Shown one piece after another: positions 11,230 through 20,887 of a stretch of DNA of 64,000 nucleotides. A model generated the notes under the pieces. That model was not told the DNA's origin. It worked only from the letters and a program-made list of their open reading frames with translations, and made no database searches. Numbering within the stretch: the first letter of the stretch is position 1; every line of letters begins with the position of its first letter. Source of the stretch: an uncultured Nitrososphaeraceae archaeon (GTDB lineage: Archaea > Thermoproteota > Nitrososphaeria > Nitrososphaerales > Nitrososphaeraceae). The translations under genes and the position numbers were made by a program. The stretch lies in assembly GCA_963779615.1 (NCBI GenBank), contig CAVZZA010000004.1, forward strand, positions 192,001-256,000, read 5' to 3'.

Positions 11230-11355
11230 ATGCAAAAGATTGGAGACAAACTGGTTTGCAACACTATAGAAAAAATCATAGACCATTCGAATGTGGCATT
11301 GGTGCTATGGGATGTGCAACGCGGATTTACAAAAAAATTATGGGTCAATAATTGA
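11230..11355 (+). pseudogene. N-terminal remnant of an isochorismatase/cysteine hydrolase
   Basis: MQKIGDKLVCNTIEKIIDHSNVALVLWDVQRGF then an early stop; ALVxxDVQ is the family's first motif. Confidence 0.45.
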
Positions 11356-11374
11356 TAATGATAAAAATATGATT

Positions 11375-11929
11375 TTACGAAGACGATTGTACTTTATCGT
11401 TTATCTGTTTAACATCTCTGCGGATTTCATCAATAAGCCCCTGATTCTGTTGATTTTGTTCGTGTATGAAAGCAGTTAGTTGATTAAGAATATCACCCTT
11501 ATGTATGCCTTCCCTACCCGTACGAGGACCGCTAGCTATTTCCCCAAAAATTGTATTATGCATATCATGTAAGTACTGCTCATTATAGTCTCGTCCCAAT
11601 ATCCTTGACAGTTCTCTTATGGTATTATGTTGCTCACCCATTACTGTTAACAACTTACCTATGCTAACAGTAGCAGGGGTGCCGCCTAACTTTGAATCGA
11701 GAAATTCTTTATTAAACCTAGATGTATTGGCCATGACATTTTGAGGAGCGTTATCAACCAGGCTGTGATTTACATTTTGATTTTGGGTGTTTTTTTCGCT
11801 CTCATTGACCATTAACATCTTTATATGGCCAAGGCTTATGACGTAATCGTTTTTAGTCAAGATAATATAAACAATCGGTTTTGTCGGAAGAAACTTACTA
11901 TAATGCATATACCCAACACCTATTTTCAT
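11375..11929 (-). CDS. Hypothetical helical protein (true start probably near 11818)
   Basis: Long ORF with Q/N-rich, coiled-coil-like C-terminus. Confidence 0.55.
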   Translation of the reverse strand: MKIGVGYMHYSKFLPTKPIVYIILTKNDYVISLGHIKMLMVNESEKNTQNQNVNHSLVDNAPQNVMANTSRFNKEFLDSKLGGTPATVSIGKLLTVMGEQHNTIRELSRILGRDYNEQYLHDMHNTIFGEIASGPRTGREGIHKGDILNQLTAFIHEQNQQNQGLIDEIRRDVKQINDKVQSSS

Positions 11930-12105
11930 ATTGGATGAAGTGTAGGATTGCGAATGAGCAGTTCAAACATTACAGCAAAGACCAATGAAATCAGCATTCT
12001 TCTAAATTCACCTCTTAATCGTTGGTTTAGCCAATATGTCTGTGTGTGCATCTTCTACCATTTAAGACACCTAGGATTTCACTAGGGAAAAAACTGGAAG
12101 TAAAA

Positions 12106-13020
12106 CTAACACACATGTATCCCAACTAAAGCATATCTATAAGTCCTTAGCATTGTTCTCATATGTGAGTGATCTGGCATTTCTTCTGGAAATAGCAAAT
12201 GGCCGATTTTTTTCTCTGTCGGCTGACCATAAAGCTCTGGATATGTGTAGTAACCCCTTTCACTATCTTGCTTATATCCCTCAACCTGAACCCTGTAAGC
12301 ATTCGCCCAAGGATCCCCGCGTATGCCAGTTACCTGCCAAGAGACTTTCATACCTGAAGTACCTCCTGCAATCTTGAAGCGGCTGTAGCTGTTATCGCTG
12401 CTGTTGTTACCCCCGATGCCATCTGTGGTAGTGTCAGAGATTTCCTCTGCGATATAGATATTTGGGCCAGGAGCGCCGATAGCAGTCAATTGATAACGAA
12501 AATCCTTATTGAGGGCACAGAACCAATCTGGAAGGTCTATCTCGGCTTCACCGTTTGCATCCAATACAACTACACCATCATAGATGTTCTTCATATCCGG
12601 TGACTCCACAGAGGAGTGGCGAAGATACTTGTTTGCAGGATCGACTGGATGGTCTATCCTAAATGAGCCCCCAGCTCTTGAAAGAGAGCCAGTTATTGTG
12701 ACGTTGCCGGCTAGGTATGCTGCATGGCCGTTTCCGCCGTAGGCATACATACCAACGCTGTTGTAGCTGTAACCATACACTCCAATGGATCTGTGACTGG
12801 AACCATACACGCCACTATTGCTATCACTGAAACCGTACACACCTCTGTTGCTACCGCTGGAACCATGCACTCCATTATTGCTATTACTGTAACCAAACAC
12901 TCCAATGCCTCTCTCGCTTCTGCCAATCAGGCCATAGCCTTTGCCATCGTCGGCCCCGACTGCAGATGACATATCACAGTAGCCCTCCTTCCAACAGAAA
13001 GGATTTTGCGGGATTTGCAT
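12106..13020 (-). CDS. Gly-rich repeat (GVYGxS) fibre-like protein with conserved FxIDHP...ESP C-terminal domain
   Basis: About six 10-aa GVxGxSxSxx repeats, then FRIDHPVDPANKYLRHSSVESPDMKNIYDG...LPDWF.ALN.DFRYQLTAIG...VSWQVTGIR. Confidence 0.75.
   Translation of the reverse strand: MQIPQNPFCWKEGYCDMSSAVGADDGKGYGLIGRSERGIGVFGYSNSNNGVHGSSGSNRGVYGFSDSNSGVYGSSHRSIGVYGYSYNSVGMYAYGGNGHAAYLAGNVTITGSLSRAGGSFRIDHPVDPANKYLRHSSVESPDMKNIYDGVVVLDANGEAEIDLPDWFCALNKDFRYQLTAIGAPGPNIYIAEEISDTTTDGIGGNNSSDNSYSRFKIAGGTSGMKVSWQVTGIRGDPWANAYRVQVEGYKQDSERGYYTYPELYGQPTEKKIGHLLFPEEMPDHSHMRTMLRTYRYALVGIHVC
12741..12920. repeat. Coding tandem repeat, 30-bp period, about 6 units
   Basis: aaccatacac or variants at 12771, 12801, 12831, 12861 and 12891. 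Confidence 0.85.
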
Positions 13021-14429
13021 TTACTTGATGTAAAAGAAAATAACTTGCACTTACCATAAGAAATTTTATAAAAATGTAATTATTTAATCCATTTGTTCGC
13101 ATTTCCTCCACAAATAGAACAAGTGCAGCACTTATTCATGGTTAACACGACGGTAACAAACCAAATTGAAACACAAGCTGGAAGCTTTAGCCAGACACTA
13201 AATTATTAGACACCATCTATTTTTATTTAATCAAATTATAATAACCAGGTTCTTGTTTTATTTCTATTTTCAACCAATATTTTGTCACATTTTCTTTATA
13301 CCGTACTGCCAAAAATTCAAAATTAATAAAACTTTAAAATCATTTATTTTGATGACGGTTTTATCATCCATTGCAATAAATCGAAAATAGACACTGCCAT
13401 TTCTTGTCTCTTGACCGTCAATTTATATTCCACTTTTTGGTAAAGAATTTCGTTAAAACCTGTCTTAGCAAAGAACTCCTTTTCGTTAATTCTTATTTAT
13501 ACGATTATATGATTTAATAATACACAGGATTAATTAATAGTATATATTTTAAAAAAACTTAAATAGTATTTTACAAAACAATTACTGAATACATTGAACT
13601 TCCTGCCATGAGTATTCTGTAAGTAGTATTAGTATTCAAATGTGAAATTAGTTTTTATTATTATTGTAAATAACATTTACAAGGTATTCTCTAGTTTTGC
13701 ATTATCGAATATTAATCTCATTCAAATTTGAAAGTGAAAAAAGGAATTCAGTATTCGGGAAAAGTAAAGTGAAAAAAAATAACAGAATAAAGATATTGAA
13801 AAATAAACCAAATATTGGTAATTACACTTTCATTGATGATAATACAGATACCCTACCACCCAATCAACATCCCCTGACTAATGAAAAAAATGAGCCTATC
13901 AAAGAACAGAGTATCTTAAAGCAAGTGGGTGAAAAATATAAAAAGAAAAAAGTAATGAACAAAGATGAAATCAATAACAACCCTAGCAAAGGCTTAAAAT
14001 TTGCAAATCAGTCACAAAGAAACCATTCTTCAATATATGAATAACGAGTCATTTTAATCTACCATCAAAAATACATTATTATTTTTTTGTATATTCTTTT
14101 TTGGCATTTATATCAGGATCTTCCATAAACCCATCTCTTTCAATAACTCCTGCTTTGTTTTCAGGCTGAACGGTGAGGAATCTATGGTTATATTGGACCA
14201 CTACATTTACTGGAACACCCATCTTCTCTACAATATTTAGAAAATAGTTTTAAGAAATAATTGCTTTGTGTACATATTAAAAAAACATGTTGTTCTCCAT
14301 CCAAAACAACATACAAAACAACATATGTAGCAGGTAAAAAATGTGGTAACAGGGATAGCGGTCAAGAAAAGGCTGTAACACCGATATCATAACTCATTTG
14401 CTTATAAACTAACCCAATAGCAATATCGG

Positions 14430-14999
14430 TTGTTGACGGTATTGTCCGCAAAAGACAAAGAAAATCTGGTTATGGACTTGCTGAAAAAAGGTTACAAAAC
14501 AATGGAGATTGCAAAGATTGCACATGTTTCAAATACCACTGTCAAGAAGATAAGGGCGAAACTACGTTCAGAGGTTAAAGAAGAACAGCAGAAAGGTGAC
14601 CAAAATAAAAAACCATTGTCTGTTTCATCACAGGCATTCAACCTATTTGAAGAGGGCAAGTCCCTTGTCCAGGTCACCACTGGGCTTGATTTGACAACAG
14701 ACCAGGCCCTAAAAATACAATCCGACTACATGACACTACGGAACATGGGAAAGGCTTCTCGTGTTCTGATGGAACACAGAAAGGACTTGGGTGCGTATTT
14801 GGGTTTGCTTGACTTTGTGAATGAGAACAAAATAAAGGTGAAGGACTTGAGCCATGCGATGGATTTGGCACGTAACATAGACAATCTGAAAAAAGAGAAG
14901 GCGCAATTGGAGTTCGACATAGACACGCTGATGGATGAGAAAAAGTATTACGAGATGGAACTCGATAAAGTCAAAAACAAATATTACAAAATCCGGTAA
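14430..14999 (+). CDS. HTH plus coiled-coil protein, probably element-associated
   Basis: N-terminal HTH (LLKKGYKTMEIAKIAHVSNTTVKKI), second helix-turn region (SQAFNLFEEGKSLVQV), C-terminal heptad repeats. Confidence 0.75.
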   Translation: MLTVLSAKDKENLVMDLLKKGYKTMEIAKIAHVSNTTVKKIRAKLRSEVKEEQQKGDQNKKPLSVSSQAFNLFEEGKSLVQVTTGLDLTTDQALKIQSDYMTLRNMGKASRVLMEHRKDLGAYLGLLDFVNENKIKVKDLSHAMDLARNIDNLKKEKAQLEFDIDTLMDEKKYYEMELDKVKNKYYKIR

Positions 15000-15448
15000 A
15001 TACACAATTACTCAAGATATAAAATATCAAAACGTCTTTTTATAGTATATATTTGGTTAATCACTTCATTTATAAAAAATGGTTTAATTTTTACTCATCT
15101 ATACCATGCGTAATCCTTTTTAATTATATTTATAATGCATAGAAAATGGGCCACACAATTCCATCATTCAGGCAACTACTTGAAATCGAGAAACTTGATT
15201 GGCCTAATTTTGAGAAAACATTACCAACTAAAAAAAATAAAAAAACATTTGATAGAATTTATGAAAAATTTACAATCATTTCCTTTCAATACGCGTTGTA
15301 AAAACAATTGTTCACGAGCATATAATGAGTAACACCTGTTTTCATAATTATGTATATCTATTGTATTTATTATTAATGAAGAGAATGTTAATGGGATTTT
15401 AATTAAAGAGTGACTAATATAAAAGTTAAAAAATCATAATATTATTTT

Positions 15449-16077
15449 TTGATTGTGGGAAATAATGAAAGTTTTATTTCCAAGGTACTTACAACTATAA
15501 TTGCAGGGCTTGCAATTTTTATAATAAGTCAAATTTACACAGACATCTATAAGCAACCACTTATTGGGATTGATTTGGAGTCTTTAGGTATAGAGAATTC
15601 AAATCTTATAAATAAGATTACGCTTAAAAATGGTGGACACAATAGTGCAAATAATTTTAGGTTAACAATTAATACTGATGCCATGATTCAGAATTTTAGT
15701 AAAGTATTTTTTGTTGAGAATTTTAGCACACCGGTAATAGAAAATAGTCAGTTTTTAACTACTTCTGCCCCTAGATTAACTGTTGGTTCGATACTTGTAT
15801 TGGATACAATTATTAAACCATTAAAAAATAATACAAAATACAATATTTTTGTTACTTATGATCAAGGAGTACAAATACATCATATATCCTAAATACCAAA
15901 AATCAAGCAATTGTGGCTAATGAGCCTAAAAACTTTTATGATATGATTTGGGAATCAGCTGCGGTACTCAATTCGTCCTATGCTATTATAATTGTGATAA
16001 TAATTACAATTGTAGTAAAAATTCTTGGATATATTCGACAAAGAACTCGGGTTTATACAAAAAAAAACTCGACATAA
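15449..16077 (+). pseudogene. Membrane-anchored protein with a frameshift near 15870
   Basis: N-terminal TM helix and Ig-like core; another frame continues STNTSYILN...YAIIIVIIITIVVKILGYIRQR* with a second TM helix. Confidence 0.5.
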
Positions 16078-16459
16078 ATAAGGTAATCTATTTTTAAAAA
16101 ATAGATATTTCGAAAATGATTTTATAACGATTGGAAAAGGAATACCCTTTAATGGTTTTGTAAAATGAGCCTATGTAGTTAGTAATCCCAAAGGGGTTTA
16201 GTAATAGATATGTTACGAACCCGGTTTTGATGTGTTTTTAAATTTCAATAATAAGATTTCTTACTATGTGTATTAATGTGTCTTGGAGGAAAATTATGGA
16301 TAAGTTATTCTATACTGATTGACTCTTCTTTACAAGAAAGAAATGCAAATTAAAACATGCAATTAATTAATTAAATCTTTTTGTAAACTAATAGAATAGA
16401 GAATATAAATCATGAAGTAAACAAAGCCATTATATTTTGAAACTTTAAGTTCAAAAACA

Positions 16460-17622
16460 CCTTTAAATCATAAATCTATTGATAACATTATACAGCCAAT
16501 TATATTTTAATCTCAAACTTTCCAGTTTTAGAAATCCTTTGCTGTTTTTTAATGACGCATTTATTCTATGTTTTGGATTAAAGCTATTGTCGAGTCGTTC
16601 AACATCATTGCATTTCTTCAACCATTCATTTAATATGGATATTGATTCTCCATGGCTTTTTCTTTTTGATTAAGTAGGGTCCTAAAATCAGCCTTAGTGT
16701 TTCTTTTCTTCCATCCGGGATACCTGTTATGAGTAGTTTTTCTATCCAGTTTATCTGGAAGTTGTTATTTGCAGTTGTTAAATCTAGTCGCTTCCCCCCA
16801 GTTTTGAATGCTTTCTCATAAGGTATTTTTGGTGTATCTCCTGCTCCGTTATCCATCTCCTGAAACCTTTTGTTAGTTGTTTTATTGGCGGCCTGCAGCC
16901 ATTCCGCTCTTGGATTACTTTGACCATCGATTTTTCATAAGCAAGTTCTCTAGCCAGGCATTTGGAGTTGTATGTGTTTGGAATCCTTATCAGACAGGAC
17001 TTGTACTTTGGCCTATGCTGTGGGTCGGCCCTTCCCCTGTAAACAGGCCCTCAGCATACTTTAGAAAAACCTCTGACACAAAAGACCCACAGTATTTTCC
17101 ATTGCAGGATGAAAACAGGCTGGGAAACCTGTCTTTGGAAAATGGGTCATATGTGTCCAATACCATAGACTGGATTGGAAGGTATATGTGGTAGCCATTG
17201 CCGGACCAAATCACGGTGGGGCGAATTGGCCTGATGCTGTAATGCTCTTGGTTCTGCTGTTGGCAATCATGCATATCCGAACTGGCGGGGACCCTCTGGC
17301 CAAATACTGAAGAGATGTTTTTCAGTGTTTTCTCCAAAGCCCTGTTGAGCATTTTCATAGGGTCCTTATACCTTGAAAAATATGACTTGTCAAGGTCGAT
17401 GAAGATAAAGTTGGGCGGCTGCCTTGCAATTCCCTGGTATTCTACATATTCAGGATAAGCGTTGAGGCAGCAGTCAATGTAATTGGATTCCTTGCATCTT
17501 TGCAATAGTTCTTCTTTGGATGTAACGGTAAACTGACCGTTAGATGAAAGAGTCATCATCCTCCGGGGGAATAACGGTTCCTCAAAATGAGACAAAATGA
17601 AATCAATATCTTCTTTATTCAT
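16460..17622 (-). pseudogene. Archaeo-eukaryotic primase fused to a PriX-like C-terminal domain; three frameshifts
   Basis: AEP motifs FIFIDLD and SGNGYHIY, then SCLIRIPNTYNSK in the next frame, then WIEKLL.TGIPDGRKETLRLILGPYL (PriX-like). Shifts fall at G or A runs near 17035, 16797 and 16660. Confidence 0.72.
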
Positions 17623-19994
17623 CCGGATTCTTCTTCGTTTTTCAAGTCTTCAGTGGAGTTCTCCATCATTTTCTTTTTTGTTAGGGATATTACACATTTC
17701 TCTCTTTTATCCATATTTCCTTTTACTGGTAATTTTAGTAATTCGCCCTTGTGATTCTCAAGCGAGTGCAGCTCCATATCAAAGTCGATATTTGTAGAAT
17801 ATGCATTACCGCAGAAATAGCACGGATACTTTGGAGGCATATTGGTGACGGAAGTGACACTTGTGACGCTTTCTGAAGGTGTGGGGGTATTATTATTTAC
17901 ATTGTTTTTTAGTCCTATTCTATTTTTTTCCTGTGTATTGATTGGGGGTTGTATGTCTGTTGGTGTTGTGACACCTTTTTCAAATATAGTCGATGTTAAT
18001 GTGGAACCAAAGTTGTTATTATTGGAATTTGTCTCTGAGCTGTCATCAGTTACAGATGAATCTATTGGAGCATTAGTTTTGTTATCATCATTGTCATTGC
18101 GGTCTTCAGAATTGATTAAACAATCGTCTTGCTTTGAATCATAATTATCAGCTTTAACTTGCTGTTGTTCATCAAGTCCATCAGAAGTTTCACCACCGCT
18201 AACTTCAATATTGTCAAAAGGGGGGCAGGCACTCTCTAAACCCGTCACCTCTGTCACCTCTGTCACTGTTTTTTTCTCTTTCTTGCTATCGTCTAAAACT
18301 TTGGATGTGCTTTCTTCTCCCTCTTCTTTTGCTATATCGTCAATAACTATCTCTTCGACAACTTCGTATTGCTTTGACATTTTTTCCAGGTCCGACTTGT
18401 TAAAGCGAAACCCCCTTTTATGGTTGGTTCGAAAGGCCACTGCCTTAAACTTTGATTTCAGTAACGAGGAGACCTTTGCCTTGGTTAGTTTGGTGCCATC
18501 GGGCAGGTAAACGGCATTGCCCAAAACCCCCCACTGATCTTCTCGCCCATCCGTTACCTCCTTTAGTTTGTCAAAAATTTCATCGTTTGAAAACTCATAG
18601 AGTTTCTGTCTGCTGTTGTTGTTGTCCTCTTCCCTTTTAATCAACTCAAACAACGCCTCTACTATTTTCGCTTCTATGGAGTTGCTCTTTAACACTGATT
18701 TTTCGTTTATCATCTTTGATAACGCCAACCTAATTCTGTCAAAGTTTTTTCCTTGGCTGAATAGTGTCAATATGGGCTGGGTTAGCTCTTTGTTCCTGTT
18801 CCTTATGTTTAGTTTGATTAGCGAAAAATCGTTATTGAATTGAGTCATTTTAAATGCAATCAGTAATTTTCTGAGGTGTATCAGCTGTTTGTAATGGCCA
18901 GAGGTTTTGTCCTTTAGGATATCCTTTATGTTATGCTGCACCTCGCCAATCAGAAATTTGTGTATGAAGGAGCGGTCTATAATCCCCCTAATGCTTTTTT
19001 CATGTGGCAGCTCCTCCATCGACAGCCATTTGTGAGAAAACGTAAGGTATGATGACTGGCTTCTAACCCCATTCTTGTTGAACTCAACCTTGGGGACATT
19101 ACCGCCACTGGCATACCCTGTCTTGAGTATTCTCTGCTTGTCGATATCATAGCCAATGTTGTCAGCTTCGTCTTCGGCTATGGTGCCCTGCCCTTCCTGG
19201 ATGTCTCCCAAGAATGTGTAATAGTTGGCCGAATTGGCAGCCGTCACATAGAATACCCTATAGCCTAGCATCCTGTAAACCAAAAGGGCCGAGTTCTTGC
19301 CCGAGCCATTTTCGCCTATCAGTATGTTGTAGTTTGTCGTTCCAAATTTGTCCTGAAAGTAGCTGCCAACGGTGTTTGCTACGAAGGTTACCAAGCTGTG
19401 CTCATCAACGCTAACGTATTTTTCATATTCTTTGAGGACCTTATCAAACAAGGAGTCAAATGTCTCTTTCTTTGATAACTGCAGATATTCCTTCACCTCT
19501 TGCTCAGAGTCAAATATGTATGGTATGGGATTAACGGTATTGATGTGGTCCATGGGATAAAATGTATAGTTAGCGCCATCGATTTTGTCCTGTATATGAC
19601 ACTTTTCCTCGTCATAAAAAACAAATTTTGGTAAACCGCCTATAACAATCGATTCAAATAACTTGTCATTGTATTCGTCCTTTCGGAGGAAGGTTGTTTT
19701 TTGGTCCCGTTCACTTCCCTCATTGTTTCCTTCACTCTCCATCAATGAATCTAAATTTTCATATATCGCATTTTCCAAAAGGTTATAATGTTGAGTAGAG
19801 ATATTGGGAACTTGATCTTTTACTTTGTTTTCAAATGCTTTGAATGATTTTTGCAAATCCTTTGTCCTGAATATGCTATAAATTGTTTGCTTGCCATATA
19901 TTTCGGTAAATTCAAGCTCAATGACCCCATTGTTTCTGATTCCAAATTTGGAGAGAATGGATTTCAATTCTTCCGATATGGCAAAGTCAATCAT
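17619..19994 (-). CDS. Element replication ATPase/helicase (P-loop, winged helix, low-complexity linker, C2H2 finger)
   Basis: Walker A GENGSGKN, Walker B IAEDEAD, DRSF arginine-finger-like motif, DUF3631-like wHTH, VTEVTEVT and SVTSVTSVT repeats, CYFC...H...H. Confidence 0.7.
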   Translation of the reverse strand: MIDFAISEELKSILSKFGIRNNGVIELEFTEIYGKQTIYSIFRTKDLQKSFKAFENKVKDQVPNISTQHYNLLENAIYENLDSLMESEGNNEGSERDQKTTFLRKDEYNDKLFESIVIGGLPKFVFYDEEKCHIQDKIDGANYTFYPMDHINTVNPIPYIFDSEQEVKEYLQLSKKETFDSLFDKVLKEYEKYVSVDEHSLVTFVANTVGSYFQDKFGTTNYNILIGENGSGKNSALLVYRMLGYRVFYVTAANSANYYTFLGDIQEGQGTIAEDEADNIGYDIDKQRILKTGYASGGNVPKVEFNKNGVRSQSSYLTFSHKWLSMEELPHEKSIRGIIDRSFIHKFLIGEVQHNIKDILKDKTSGHYKQLIHLRKLLIAFKMTQFNNDFSLIKLNIRNRNKELTQPILTLFSQGKNFDRIRLALSKMINEKSVLKSNSIEAKIVEALFELIKREEDNNNSRQKLYEFSNDEIFDKLKEVTDGREDQWGVLGNAVYLPDGTKLTKAKVSSLLKSKFKAVAFRTNHKRGFRFNKSDLEKMSKQYEVVEEIVIDDIAKEEGEESTSKVLDDSKKEKKTVTEVTEVTGLESACPPFDNIEVSGGETSDGLDEQQQVKADNYDSKQDDCLINSEDRNDNDDNKTNAPIDSSVTDDSSETNSNNNNFGSTLTSTIFEKGVTTPTDIQPPINTQEKNRIGLKNNVNNNTPTPSESVTSVTSVTNMPPKYPCYFCGNAYSTNIDFDMELHSLENHKGELLKLPVKGNMDKREKCVISLTKKKMMENSTEDLKNEEESG
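17845..18266. repeat. Two inverted triple arrays with 9-bp period: GTGAC x3 (17845, 17854, 17863) and GTCAC x3 (18244, 18253, 18262)
   Basis: Read directly: ggtgacggaagtgacacttgtgacg and cgtcacctctgtcacctctgtcac. Confidence 0.85.
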
Positions 19995-20134
19995 CAGATA
20001 TTCCTTCCAAAATCCTCAATGGGTTTATCTTTGAAATCAGAACATTTGAAATTAGTGATTTTATTATTAGTATGAGGTGGAATTATGGTTACGCCTATAT
20101 CATTGAACCAAAAGTCAGTATTACTGTGATTCAT
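19994..20134 (-). CDS. 46-aa ORF resembling the N-terminus of a Prim-Pol domain (remnant)
   Basis: MNHSNTDFWFNDIGVTIIPPHTNNK...FKDKPI; its start and stop overlap both neighbouring genes. Confidence 0.45.
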   Translation of the reverse strand: MNHSNTDFWFNDIGVTIIPPHTNNKITNFKCSDFKDKPIEDFGRNI

Positions 20135-20436
20135 TTTCTTTGCTGCTGTTTCCTGTGGCATTTGCAGTTGCAGATAACAAAAATTTTCAGCCCCAGCTTG
20201 TCGACATACCGCACTTTGCATTCCTGGCAGGTGTTTGTGGGGCATTTTGTGGGTTTTAATATGCGGCTGTATCCTGCTGATGAAGATAAATATAAACAGT
20301 CCCTTTGTGTAATGTTATTAGGCGCAGTTGGTGTCGTGTTTGATTTCCTCTCCCTGTACAGAATGGGTTGTAGTGAACAGATGCGGCTTGTAGTCGGCAT
20401 GTGCTTTTGATTCCGTCTTTCCCTCTGGTCCCTCAA
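20131..20436 (-). CDS. Small Cys-rich Zn-finger protein (start uncertain)
   Basis: CPTNTCQEC...CNCKCH; stop overlaps the next ATG. Confidence 0.5.
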   Translation of the reverse strand: MRDQRERRNQKHMPTTSRICSLQPILYRERKSNTTPTAPNNITQRDCLYLSSSAGYSRILKPTKCPTNTCQECKVRYVDKLGLKIFVICNCKCHRKQQQRK

Positions 20437-20635
20437 CCGAGTTGGACGGAATCAAATTCTTTTTCAAGTAAACAGAAGTTTTGCAGTAGCTGCACGTTGT
20501 TACGAATCTGTTTTTCCCCTTGTATACCCAAAGGTGGGAGCACCTCTGGCACCTTAAAGTTAAATTGGACTCCATAAAGGCTATATACCAACTGTTTACT
20601 ATATAAAAGAAAGAGATTTTTTTTTGACTAAACAT
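20318..20635 (-). CDS. Zn-ribbon protein (probable start at MESNL)
   Basis: RCQRCSHLWVYKGKNRFVTTCSYCKT. Confidence 0.65.
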   Translation of the reverse strand: MFSQKKISFFYIVNSWYIAFMESNLTLRCQRCSHLWVYKGKNRFVTTCSYCKTSVYLKKNLIPSNSVEGPEGKTESKAHADYKPHLFTTTHSVQGEEIKHDTNCA

Positions 20636-20887
20636 TCATCGATTTAATGGTTATGGGCAATAAACGACTGAGCAGTTACTACCTTATTCATAATACAAAT
20701 CAAACCTATTACAGGCTTAGGATATGGATAGGATTAGATATATTTGGCGCCACCCTTTAACTGCATTAGATATTTCTGGCTTGATCATAAATGATAGGAG
20801 TGACAACCAAAGAAAATATCGTATATTCTCTTGTGATCGGCAAAAATGTCAAACCTGCCAGACTTTTGAGTTAAACAAAAGAAGTGC

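Noticed and set aside
12741-12920. Regularly spaced 30-bp repeats resembling a mini CRISPR array
   Set aside because: The period is a multiple of 3, the units are degenerate and encode GVYGxS peptide repeats, and there are no unique spacers or cas genes
13697-14044. 115-aa K/N-rich ORF
   Set aside because: TTG start, extreme A-richness and no motif; cannot be supported as a gene
8900-16450. Search for an att duplicate of the tRNA-Arg(GCG) 3' end
   Set aside because: No convincing copy of GGGCCCAGAGGGATTTGAACC found by eye, so no boundary is called
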